Assembly (NCBI RefSeq): GCF_000143415.4
Contig: NW_003314381.1
Span: 292,649 to 356,648 of the forward strand
Direction of reading: 5' to 3'
DNA length: 64,000 bases
Origin: Selaginella moellendorffii
Taxonomy: Eukaryota; Plantae; Lycopodiophyta
The first letter of the stretch is position 1. The number at the start of each line of letters is the position of its first letter. The notes under the pieces were generated by a model. The model was not told the origin of the DNA and searched no databases. It saw only the letters and a program-made list of their open reading frames with translations. Below, one piece after another: positions 54,017-64,000 of the stretch. A program made the position numbers and the translations under genes.

Positions 54017-54961
54017 TTACTCATGCGACTCCTCGTTTCCCGGATGCATCTTGGTGTCCAAACCTTCCATTGCAGCAGCACCAACGGGATGTTGCTGATG
54101 CCAAGGTCTCCACCCAGAAAATGGAGGTCGCCAATCCGGAAAATGCCGAAAACGCCGATAAGTATGACCAACTTCATCACATGCCCAGCAGCGAACATCA
54201 TGGCCACGACCACATCCTCGCCTTTGGCCTTGGACTCGAGCAGCAGCAGCATCAACCTCCATTGGAACAAGACCATCACCCACAGAAAGTGGAGCTGAAG
54301 GACGTGCAGCGAGAAGTGGAAGAGGCGATGTCTCATAACGTTGTGCCAAGCAAAGAGCATCGTCAAGGGTGGCAGGAGCAAGTGCATGCACAAGTCCGAC
54401 AAGATCTTGACGAAGTGCTGGCCACAACATTCCTAGCTTGATCCGTTCTGACATATTTGGCTCCACACGAAGCAAAAGACTTCGGAAATAAACACTAAAT
54501 TGCATCACCGACTCAAATGGCCCTTGGCAAAAACAATGCAATTGTTAGAAGGCATCATCACAGTCGTCGGTGTGTCCGAAGGCACGTTTGAAGACGTCTG
54601 GGAGAACACTCCAATCCCCACGAGTGGCTGCGCTCAAACTATTGTACCACTGCAATGCCGTCCCTTGAAAACACGTGGGAAACTCACGCAAACGTCGATC
54701 ATCATCCCAAGAATGATATGTGGCAATCACCGTGAAGTGATCGAACCAATGGTACACATCATCCCCAAGATTCCCACGAAAGAACTTTAGCCGAACGCGA
54801 GGATTAGCACCAAGAGTAGGAGGAGTTGTACCATGTGCCGTGAACGCCACCATCAACTGAGTTTGGTTGTTCAGTTGCAAGCGCATAGCATCAAGCAATT
54901 GTACCAACTGCTGCTCCAGAGTCAAAGGAGGAGATTGCTGATCTGCCATGAAGACGAACAA
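54017..54961 (-). pseudogene. Host gag (one in-frame stop at 54545)
   Basis: Retrotransposon gag motifs (FRG...W, F.GTALQWY), PMEVD, and the degenerate zinc knuckle CWACDEVGH. Confidence 0.9.
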
Positions 54962-55159
54962 AGAAAGAGCAAAAGAAGATAAATGACAAAAAGTTGAAAG
55001 GAAATAGTAGATTTAGACAATGCAAAAAGCTAGATCTAAACCAAAATCCTGAAAGGAAAGAACAAAATAAAAGAAATGGAAAAAACTAGATCTAGACGAT
55101 GCAAAAACTAGATCCAAACCAAAATCCCAAATCCAAGCACTCCCCAGGGACAATCAAAA

Positions 55160-55178
55160 GTGCCCTTCACCTCCACCA
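55160..55178 (-). promoter_or_regulatory. Host PBS, tRNA-Ala-like (TGGTGGAGGTG)
   Basis: Adjacent to the 5' LTR and complementary to a tRNA ending ...CUCCACCA. Confidence 0.6.
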
Positions 55179-55179
55179 A

Positions 55180-55351
55180 TGTGAGTGCATGGAACATGGA
55201 AAGGGAATATAGAAATGTGCATATCAATTAGCCCAAAAACCCTAGCTATACAGGAGCGAGTGGTCCGGATTGAAACCAATCCGACGGCTACTAAAATCCC
55301 ACAATGCTAATATTAATATATGGCATTGTAGCCATACATTTGGCCCTCACA
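55180..55351 (-). repeat. 5' LTR of the host gypsy element (172 bp)
   Basis: Direct repeat of 19245-19419 with TG...CA ends. Confidence 0.95.
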
Positions 55352-55411
55352 CCATCTGATTAATTAAATTAATAAATAATAAATATTAAAATAAAAAATA
55401 TTATTAAAAAT

Positions 55412-56452
55412 TTATATTTTATATTGTCCAAGAAACTTTTTAAAAGAAATAAGGGATTGTATGATGAAACGTCTAGAATCCTTAAGAAACAATACATCTG
55501 AAGGGTCAGCACAGAGAAACTTTTTGGAACGGAATTTCTTCACCTTAGTGATAAATGTAGGCCTTTTACCTTCTTTGACGCAATCAGCCAAAGTTTTTCT
55601 CATGCTGATGAGATAAAACCAAGGAAGAGTTCCCACAAAAACGATTCCAGGAAATACAATATCTTCCAGTGGTACACGTAGGTCATAGAGCTCATGTAGC
55701 CTTTCATTATCTTGCATTGCAGCTATGGATTCTGCCATGAGTTGAGCTTCAGGATTATGAAGATGATCAGAGGTTATGTCTTCATCAGAGGTTTTGTCTT
55801 CAGTAGCTACCATGATCTTTACCATGGTCACTTCATCTTCCACACACAAATCTGAACTTACTTCCTTTTGGCCGTCTAACATCTGCAGTGGAATGGTGAC
55901 CCTAGTCCTTATAGAGGAACCATTCCTGTCATAATCTAAGAACTCCAACAACCTCTTACCCACATCGATGGCACAAGACTCACGTCTCCGGTGAGCTCTA
56001 TTGGCAGAGATGATGTCCTTCACAAGTAATTCTACAACACGAGACCTAAATGAGATCTCTGCACTAGATGAGCTCAAGTAAACGTCTATAAGATCCAGAT
56101 CTAAAAACTCTTGAACTTCCTCTGCAAAGACAGTGCATGGTGGTTCACCAAAGAATTCCTCAAAGGACCTAACTTGCGTGATCTCGAATTTAAAGAAACC
56201 CAATTCCCTGTCGACCCAAGAAGATCCCATTTCCCTGTTAGCCCGAGAAGATCCCACTTCCCTGTGAGCCCGAGAAGATCCCACTTTCCTGTGAGCCCGA
56301 GAAGTTCCCACTTCCTTGCCCTCGTCTGACTCTTTCCTTTTCGTCCTTGCCATAGGGTTCCTTTCAGACTCTTTCCTCTTCCTCTTTGCCATAGGGTTCT
56401 TTGCCATAGGGTTCCTTTCAGGGTTGATACGTTTTATACGTGGCAAGGGCAA
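55412..56452 (-). CDS. Intronless 346-aa protein, putative PD-(D/E)xK restriction-endonuclease-like fold, resembling a fungal uncharacterised family
   Basis: Intact ORF. Motifs GSSW...EL...FFG, IRTR.TIPL, SDLCV...ATEDK, PEAQLMAESIAAMQ.N and PGIVFVGT.PWFY. The family assignment comes from recalled motif similarity, not from a search. Confidence 0.65.
   Translation of the reverse strand: MPLPRIKRINPERNPMAKNPMAKRKRKESERNPMARTKRKESDEGKEVGTSRAHRKVGSSRAHREVGSSRANREMGSSWVDRELGFFKFEITQVRSFEEFFGEPPCTVFAEEVQEFLDLDLIDVYLSSSSAEISFRSRVVELLVKDIISANRAHRRRESCAIDVGKRLLEFLDYDRNGSSIRTRVTIPLQMLDGQKEVSSDLCVEDEVTMVKIMVATEDKTSDEDITSDHLHNPEAQLMAESIAAMQDNERLHELYDLRVPLEDIVFPGIVFVGTLPWFYLISMRKTLADCVKEGKRPTFITKVKKFRSKKFLCADPSDVLFLKDSRRFIIQSLISFKKFLGQYKI
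56220..56315 (-). repeat. 27-bp in-frame tandem repeat (VGSSRAHRE-like, ~3.5 units) in the N-terminus of the nuclease-like ORF
   Basis: Unit gaagatcccacttccctgtgagcccga. Copy 1 has a single unit. Confidence 0.85.
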
Positions 56453-56559
56453 GGCACAATCCGTAATCTGAGCTCGAGTCTGTCAGTGGTCTGTCACTCG
56501 CGAAGATGGCTTTTTGCTAGGAACTCATTGTGCTGGTGAACTTGTCTAATTGAGACTGA

Positions 56560-57520
56560 ACTCCCTTCAATGCTGCAGCTTTACGTCCCAGCGAGGGATT
56601 CTCAATCGAATGCCGTGTGAGATATTCTCACCTGGCACTTGCCCACTCAGGGCAACTGTCGCGCTTGTTTGGCGGAAAACCAACTCAGAAATCTCTGAGC
56701 ACTCTCAGGCTGGCAAAGTTTCGTTAATGCAGAACATTTGATTTGGTTCCACAATGATAAAAGTTTTTAAAACACTCTTCACGGATGACTCCCTTTTCTA
56801 TGATCATGCAAAAGTATCCGGCTTGGGATGGTGAGCTAATCATCTTCTATAAATCGTTTCTTTTGAGTGTTTTCCAAGTACATAAACTCAGGTTTATGAA
56901 CCAAGCTTCTTGATCGAGAAAAAGCAGTGGAAGGCTGTGATCGATCATCCGCAGGCGTAGCAATGGATTTGAAACGAAAAGCACAAAACCAAGCTTCGGA
57001 AGGGATGCAAGCGATCCGGAAAGCACTATTTTGCTCATCTTGCCAGGGGACTTGCGTAAACAAGGACGACATTGTGATGTTCAAGCAGGTTCTTGATTTC
57101 GTAGTTTCTCCAGGCAGTTCTTATTTCCTTGCGCTCGATTCTGCAGATTGCATTCGAACTGGATTTCACTGTCTGCCCGTTGCTATCAAAGTAAAACAAG
57201 ATAATTGTCCACGCTAAGTCTATACTTTTCATCTCGATTGACTTTAAGTTTTTTCTTTCGTTTAGCTGAGGCTGATGACATCCTGGGTAGTCGTTTGCGA
57301 TGTCTGGTATGTGGAGCCACAAACAAACGATGCACCAATAGGATTCTCAAAGAAGCATGCAAAGAGCACTCTTTTTCGTCATAAATTTATATTCTATATT
57401 CCTTTCAGAGTCTGCGATAGCGAAACGAGCTAAAGTTACAAAAGTCGCTTTGAAATACTAACGTCCAAGCTCGAAACTCACAGAAGAAGAATAACAACTC
57501 AACGTGGTGCCATTGGAAAA
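56560..57520 (+). pseudogene. GPAT9: GPAT9-like pseudogene, copy 2
   Basis: Colinear with copy 1. GTCVNKDDIVMFKQ, FELDFTVCPVAIK and LRLMTSWVVVCDVWYVEPQ are present, with a frameshift in the FPEG codons. Confidence 0.8.
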
Positions 57521-58622
57521 TGTAAGATTCTTGCTTTGTTTTGTCTAAGTTTTGCGTGGAAAGCCTGTAGCTTACGCGTTTTTCCTCCACGGGCCAGAGA
57601 AACTCCCCTAGATCATGCTAAGAAGATTAAAAACAAAGACAAATCCATGGAATGATCGACGGGGTATTTTTCTTGCGTTTTTTATTTTTTGTTTCGATGA
57701 AAGAAGAAAAAATCTCCGCTCCTCTCATGTGCAATAATGGGCCGGCTTGGACCATTGAAATGGGAGATCATGAGCGCGTATTAAGAGAAGATTTTGAAGA
57801 AGTAGCTCTCCAACTTATAGTGGTGGTGGTCACTGTTCTTCACGCGAGCTTGCGACGTTTGTGTGTTTGTTCTCGTAGCAGTGGATCGCGACACATGTGT
57901 CAAGGACCGTTTGATAATGGGGAATCGAAATGGTGACGGCCTTGTCGTGTTGTCCCATGGCCACTGTGGCCCAACCTCTTCGTACAACGCGCAAGAATGC
58001 CACCGTACGGTCTTGCTAAGCCAACTAAATAACAGGCGCTTGTAAGAAAAAAAGAAATTTTGTTCCTGACATGACATGAACGAATCGTAGCTAGTTATTG
58101 TTTTCTTTTGTGGCCTGCAAGGTGAGTGGATGCCAGCCGGTACTTGCCACGTGGCCGCTACGTCCACGTCATGCGGCCCGCCCGGCATTATGGCTTCCCG
58201 GGTTTGCAAGGCAATCTAGTTCGCTGGAATGTGACGCGCTAGTCCTGTCACCAAAAAGTATGAGTCTGGGATGCATATTCCGTCTGCCAGGTGGCAAGCA
58301 GCGTCAATTCTGCCGTGTGCTAACCATGGCGGCTGGCTGCATGAGAGGGAAATCAAGCCGGCTTTGCTGAGGAGCTCTTCGTCGCCACTAGGGCTAGAGA
58401 CGACTAGAGATAGGGCGATGATCGATTCCTCCCCTTTCCACGCATAGATGGATCGATCGGGCGCTCTGGTAGGTATCACACGGATCTGATCTAGGCTAGA
58501 TCGTACATTTGCGGGGAAGGGACAGGGATTGCGATCGATCGATCGTTCTGTGACCGAAATATCGCGGCTAGAACAGGCTATTTCCAGGGTCGCAAAGAAA
58601 TTCTAGCACAGAGGCAGCAAGA

Positions 58623-61124
58623 ATGTCCGCGCCAGCGCCTAGTCCTCCAGCCGGGGGAGGAGGAGGAGCTCCACCGCCGGCTGTTCCATCGGCTCCAGCT
58701 CCAGTGCCGCCAGTCTCACCTCCTCCTCCAGTAGCTCCCGTTGTTCCTTCCTCTCCGCCTCCTACTACTGGTCCGCCTGTCGATCCATCTCCTCCTCCTC
58801 CTCCTGTTCTTCCTGGCACACCTCCTGCTCCTCCGGCCTCTCCTCCGCCGGCTATAGTCAATCCTCCGCAAAATCCAGCTCCAGGCACTCCATCCGCGCC
58901 AACACCGCCCATTCCATCAACGCCAACGCCTCCTTCTCGGGGATCTCCTCCGAGAACACCAAGTACTGGCAATGGTGGTGGAAACCCAGCGACTGGCGAT
59001 AGCGGCGGCGGCGGCGGCAATAGCCCGATTACCACTGGCGCGATTGTGGGGATTTCCGCGGCCGGGATTTTGATCTTGATCGTGCTCGCGCTGGTGGTTT
59101 GCTGCCTCCGAAGGAAGCCCAAGAGGAAGTATAGACGAGATGACCACGAGTATGGATCCGGGCAATACAAAGCTGGTAAAGTTTCTTCCTCTCCCTTTTG
59201 CTTGCGTGCTTTTCTTCATCTTTGTTTTTCAAGCTATCTCTTTTTGCATGAGTGCTTTTCTTCTTGATAATGTTCCACTCGGCTTTTGCCAGCTTTAGGG
59301 AATGCAGGCGACATGTTCTAAAAGTTTTCTTGCGTGTTCCAGAGATGTATGAAGCTGGCAGGAGACCAAGACCAGATCATTATGGCCACAAGCCTCCTCC
59401 GCCACCACCGCCGCCGCCGCCGCCTCACAAGCATTACGCGTATGGCTCTCCAGTTCCGCCACCACCTCCGCCACCTCCGCCGCCACCGCCGCACTATAGC
59501 AGCTCGGGAAGCCAGGATTCCTGGAGGCCAGTTCCGCCACCACCACCACCGCCCGGTATGAGCCCGGGCATGGGTAGCTCCAGGTCGTGGTTCACGTACG
59601 AGGAACTTGAGGCAGCGACTGCTGGATTCTCCAGGGCCAATCTTCTCGGCGAGGGTGGTTTTGGCTGTGTATACAAGGGATTTTTACCTGGTGGACAGGT
59701 TGTGGCTGTGAAGCAGCTTAAAGTTGGAAGCGGCCAAGGAGAGCGTGAGTTTCGAGCCGAGGTTGAGATTATCAGCAGAGTTCATCACAGGCATCTGGTT
59801 TCGCTGGTTGGATACTGCATTGCTGATGCTCAGAGGCTGCTGGTTTACGATTTCGTGCCAAATGGAACGCTGGAGCATCACCTGCACGGTACAAGTTTTT
59901 GTCCGTGTTTTTCCTTGTTCTCAGTCTCGTTTTCTCTCTTGTTTTTTTCAGGTAAAGGTAGACCCGTGATGGATTGGCCAACAAGATTGAAAATAGCTTC
60001 TGGTTCTGCTCGTGGACTAGCATATCTTCATGAAGACTGTAAGATCTCTATCTCTCCGTTGGAACTTAATCTAAAAGTCATTCGTTCTTGCAGGCCATCC
60101 TCGAATCATTCATCGGGACATAAAGTCGTCTAACATTCTTTTGGATAATAATTTTGACGCTCAGGTTTGTTGTTACATATTTGCTCACTTGCTTTCAATT
60201 GTAACGCTTGTCCATTACAGGTCTCTGACTTTGGGCTTGCGAAGCTCGCTTCTGACACTTACACACATGTCACTACTCGAGTTATGGGAACCTTCGGGTA
60301 AGGACATAACCAACCAAATATATCAGTTTCCCATATGAATTTTTCAAACTTCCAGGTACCTTGCGCCTGAGTACGCCTCCACAGGAAAACTGACGGAGAA
60401 GTCAGACGTGTACTCCTTTGGAGTCGTCCTACTGGAACTTATAACGGGAAGGAGGCCTGTAGATACCACGCAACGTGTGGGAGACGAAAGCTTGGTCGAA
60501 TGGGTGAGTCTTTGCAAAAGCTCATTCCTGGACTTTCTAAAACTTATTGCCTCTTTCAGGCACGACCATACCTCACGCAGGCTATCGAGAATGGCGACCT
60601 CGACGGCATAGTCGACGAAAGACTAGCAAACTACAACGAGAACGAGATGCTACGAATGGTCGAGGCGGCTGCAGCCTGCGTTCGACACTCAGCCAGCAAA
60701 CGCCCAAGGATGGCACAGGTTTGTTTGCCTCTTTGTTTCTCGAGCAACTACTAAACTCCTCGCATTCTTCTTTCAGGTTGTCCGCGCTCTAGAAAGCGAT
60801 GGAGCAATCTCCGGCCTCAACCAAGGAGTAAAGCCAGGCCACAGCTCGAACTTCACGAGCGCGGACTACGATAGCAACCAGTACGCCTCGGACATGAAAA
60901 GGTTCCGAAAGGCGGTGTTTGGAAGCCAAGAACACGGGAGCTCCGAGCACAGTGGCCCGCCGACGAGCGAGTATGGGATGAATCCCTCGGTGTCGAGCAG
61001 CGAAGGGATGAGTAGCATGGAGATGGAGAGGCGGCGGGCCGGGCTGCTCAGGAGTTCGGACACGACGAGCTCCAGCGAGATCAATGCCAACACCAACACC
61101 AGTGATCGTCTCAATGGCCGGTAA
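58623..61124 (+). CDS. PERK: Proline-rich extensin-like receptor kinase (PERK family), multi-exon, apparently intact
   Basis: Pro-rich ectodomain without a signal peptide, TM helix, and kinase motifs [37 protein letters not shown] introns, e.g. 59176-59342 and 59889-59951. TAA ends at 61124. Confidence 0.93.
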
Positions 61125-61260
61125 AGTTTCGAGAGGAAAGATCACAGGGAAGAAGAGAAGATTTTTCTAAGTTACTGGCAAGAACTTTTTGATCATACGA
61201 CGTTGTCTCGTTTGTACAATATATTTTATCGACCTTGGAGAGTTTCTAGGGTTCTTGGGA

Positions 61261-62199
61261 ATGGCTGCTTGGCTTCCTCTTCCTCCGCGATGGCCGGGCT
61301 TGCGCGCCTCGGTTCTTTGCAAGGCCGGGGAGAAGAAAGCGCCCGCGCGGCTCGTCCAGAAGCAGCAGATGATCTCCAGCCGGGAGGAGGCGGCGGCCGA
61401 GGCGGATTATGGCAATCAGCCCATCCCTCGGCTCTCGATCGGTGAGTTTCTTGGAGCTGGGAAGGGATTTCGGCTGAGGTTTTCGTTCTAGATCATGTGA
61501 CTGTGAGCTTTGCGAGGAGTGGAGGTGCTGGCGGCCAAAATGTGAACAAAGGTTTAATTTTTTCGGTGTTTGGGACTTTGGTGATTGGAATTTCTTCTTT
61601 GACAGTGAACACGAAAGTGGACATGCGATTCAATGTGGTGAACGCGCACTGGCTTCCTCTCCAAGTGAGGAACAAGCTGCTTCAAACGGTTTGTCACGAT
61701 CTTTGAAATGTGAGGCTGTCTAGTAGTTTGGAATGAGTTTTTCTATACTAATTCCATTCCGTTTCGTGAACAGGAGAAGAACCGGATCAACAGCGACGGT
61801 GAATTGGTCATTTCTTCGACAAGAACAAGGACACAAAAGTAAACCGAATGTCACAAGAGAGAAAATACTCACCTTTTCTTGCCAGGGGAAACATCGATGA
61901 TGCTCTAGCTAAATTGCAGGCAGGTTTTCATCGCGCTTTGTTTCTTCGGCAGCTAAGTTTGTTTCTTCTCTTTGTTTACCAGGAATTAGTTGATGCTGCA
62001 GCTTATGTGCCACCGCCTCCATCTAAGGAGACCAAGCAACGAATTGCAAGGCTGTGAGTTATCTTATTTCTTGCGAGTCTTTCCCAGAACTTAAACTTGG
62101 ATTTTTAGTGCTGCTGCCGAAGACATGAAGAGACTCCAGTCCAAGAAACTGTCTGCTCTCAAGAAATCGGCGAGGAGAGACAAAGGAAGCTGGGACTGA
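61261..62199 (+). CDS. Organellar ICT1/ArfB-type peptidyl-tRNA hydrolase (RF-1 domain, ribosome rescue), 7 exons
   Basis: Transit-peptide-like N-terminus, FARSGGAGGQNVNKVNTKVDMRF, NRINSDGELVISSTRTRTQ, and a basic tail RLQSKKLSALKKSARRDKGSWD*. Confidence 0.92.
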
Positions 62200-62274
62200 T
62201 ACGAGGTAATTTTACAAGTTGTATTTCGCATGAAGCCTAACCGAAGCTACAGATTGCGAGAGAAAATCTCCTAG

Positions 62275-63395
62275 TCAACTCGGAACTTCATCTTGCTCGG
62301 AGGAGTCATCGACAAAATGACGATTTACAAGCTGAGAGACCTTGGAATGTGAACAGTGGCTCTTCTTAAACAACTCTCGCAGCTTGTCATCACACATGAC
62401 ATTGTGATTACCTGGTTCCTGGATCGAGAAAACGCAAACGCAACTTTTAGAGCTCTAAAACTCCCGAGAAGAAACTTGCTTTTACCTGGAGATCCTTGTC
62501 AAGGATGTACTCCCACACTCTGTCCACCGCCTCGGCTCGAGACATCGTCGTTCTATCAGTGCCGAGGAAGGATTGGAGAGCCTCGGAGATTGGATATGGA
62601 GTGAGGAAATTGGAACGCCTTGGACGATCATCAGATCGATCGAGTTTCTTCTTCTTGGGCATGTCAATGTCCTCGTAGCCTACAAGCAAGCACACGCTAA
62701 GATCAAAGAAACAAAACAATCAAGAGAAACTCACCCTCTTCTAGCGGTAGCAGGTGATCTTGGAGAACTTTGTTAATGGTAAACATGTTGATCGAATCCA
62801 CCTTGAAAACGTCGAAGAGCTTGTTTCCGGCGCACAGGATCATCTTCCTGTCGCTTGGATCTTGGAGATTGTTGTCTCGGATGTAGCGCCACAAGCATTG
62901 CACAGCCTAATCCTCGAAAAGACGAACAAGGAAAAGAATTTCTAGCTTTCATTCAACTAGAGCTTACTTCGTGTCTCCTGAGAATGTGATGCCCAGTGAC
63001 CGCTCGAAGCTCCGGAGAGAGGCGAAAGGCCTTGAGGAAGCTATTGTTTCCAGGCGCCCCAGCTCTATCCGTCCCAGCAAGAGATCAATCGCAAAGAATG
63101 CCAAACGAGGAGGAAGAACTTACTGGCTCTTGCGATTGCTCTGGAGGGTGTCCTGGATCTTCTCATCTAGCGCCCGCTTGCTCTCGTCCAGCCGGATCTT
63201 CTTCTTGAAATAGAGCTTGGCGAGCCGCGCTACTTCCTTGGGCTTGACCTTCCCGGCGCCAAATTCCTTCTCCAGAGCCTTGCGGATGGCCTTGGTCGTC
63301 ACAAAGGCCGGATCGCCGCCGAAAATCGCAGCTTTCACGCGCTTGCGCAGCTGTGAGTTGGTTGGAACATCCTTGCTCAAGGGAGGACGACCCAT
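62275..63395 (-). CDS. SWIB/MDM2-domain protein with two SWIB domains and a possible DEK-C-like N-terminus (UAF30/spp27-like)
   Basis: LSPELRAVTG...LWRYIRDNNLQDPSDRKMILC, and ISEALQSFLG...VWEYILDKDLQ...VMCDDKLRELF. Short introns. The TGA is at 62275-77. Confidence 0.88.
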
Positions 63396-64000
63396 GAAAG
63401 CCCTAAACCCAAGAGAATATTCAGAAGCAAGATCAGAATATACTCCACAAAAGAATATTCAAAATAATAACAGAATATTCTACTAACCCCAAAAAGTTTT
63501 CACTTCTTAAAGAAAAACAAAGGTAAAACGTAAAATGTTTTTAGTTTTTTCCAATCCTTTTTTGATTTTTTTTATAAGAAGTGTTTTTCCTTTTTCTTTT
63601 TTAACTTTTCGGTGTGGCTGCTTATAAAATTAAGCGCCACAAACGCTTTTTTTTCGTATCAGATTTTTCTTTTTTCGTATCGTATCACCACCACGGGGAA
63701 ATAATCGCGCGGAGGGCCTATTGCGAGCTAAATAGGAGGTAGTATACACTCTGCTTCTACATCTAGCTGCAGAAACAAGGAAAAAAAAAGGATCAAGAAA
63801 AAAAACAAAAAAAAAAAAACCACCAAGAATAAGTTAATAGCAAACGAGCAAGCAACTCAACTGACTCTTTTTCAGCAAGCCAGCGTTGCCGTCTCCCATG
63901 GCTTTGGCGTCGGGGCCTGCGATCGTTGCCATGGAGAGGGAGAAGCTTTGAGCTGCTGCTGCTCGTCTCGCTTCGCAGTCGCGGCGGTGGCGGTGGCGAT

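Larger units (their letters stand above)
19245..55351 (-). mobile_element. Host Ty3/gypsy LTR retrotransposon (non-chromovirus type), ~5 kb when nested insertions are removed
   Basis: TG...CA LTRs at 19245-19419 and 55180-55351. 4-bp TSD CCAT (19241-44 and 55352-55). PBS TGGTGGAGGTG. PPT GAGAGGAGGGGATGA. Domain order gag-PR-RT-RH-INT, no chromodomain after the GPY motif. Confidence 0.95.

Noticed and set aside
63860-64000. GC-rich coding-like sequence at the window edge, possibly the 3' end of a minus-strand gene
   Set aside because: Too short to assign strand or product.

Overview
Eukaryotic, land-plant DNA. The very short (~50-65 nt) introns and compact genes resemble a lycophyte such as Selaginella, but the organism is inferred. 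A local segmental duplication is present: copy 1 at ~7990-16390, copy 2 at ~17390-19244 continuing at 55356-~61960. Each copy holds a possible transposase relic, an intronless PD-(D/E)xK-like nuclease-fold ORF resembling a fungal protein family, a GPAT9 pseudogene, a PERK receptor kinase and an ICT1/ArfB peptidyl-tRNA hydrolase. Copy 1 genes are broken; in copy 2 the nuclease-fold ORF, PERK and ICT1/ArfB look intact. Copy 2 is split by a 36-kb nest of LTR retrotransposons. An old Ty3/gypsy element with ~175-bp LTRs (19245-55351, minus strand) hosts four copies (A-D) of one non-autonomous family with ~1.8-2-kb LTRs, nested up to three levels deep, each with a readable 5-bp TSD. That family has minisatellite-filled LTRs, an iMet-type PBS, a decayed internal region and a conserved pair of tRNA T-arm/B-box hairpins. 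A two-SWIB-domain gene lies near the right end. Most ORFs in the supplied track are artefacts of the stop-free LTR repeats.
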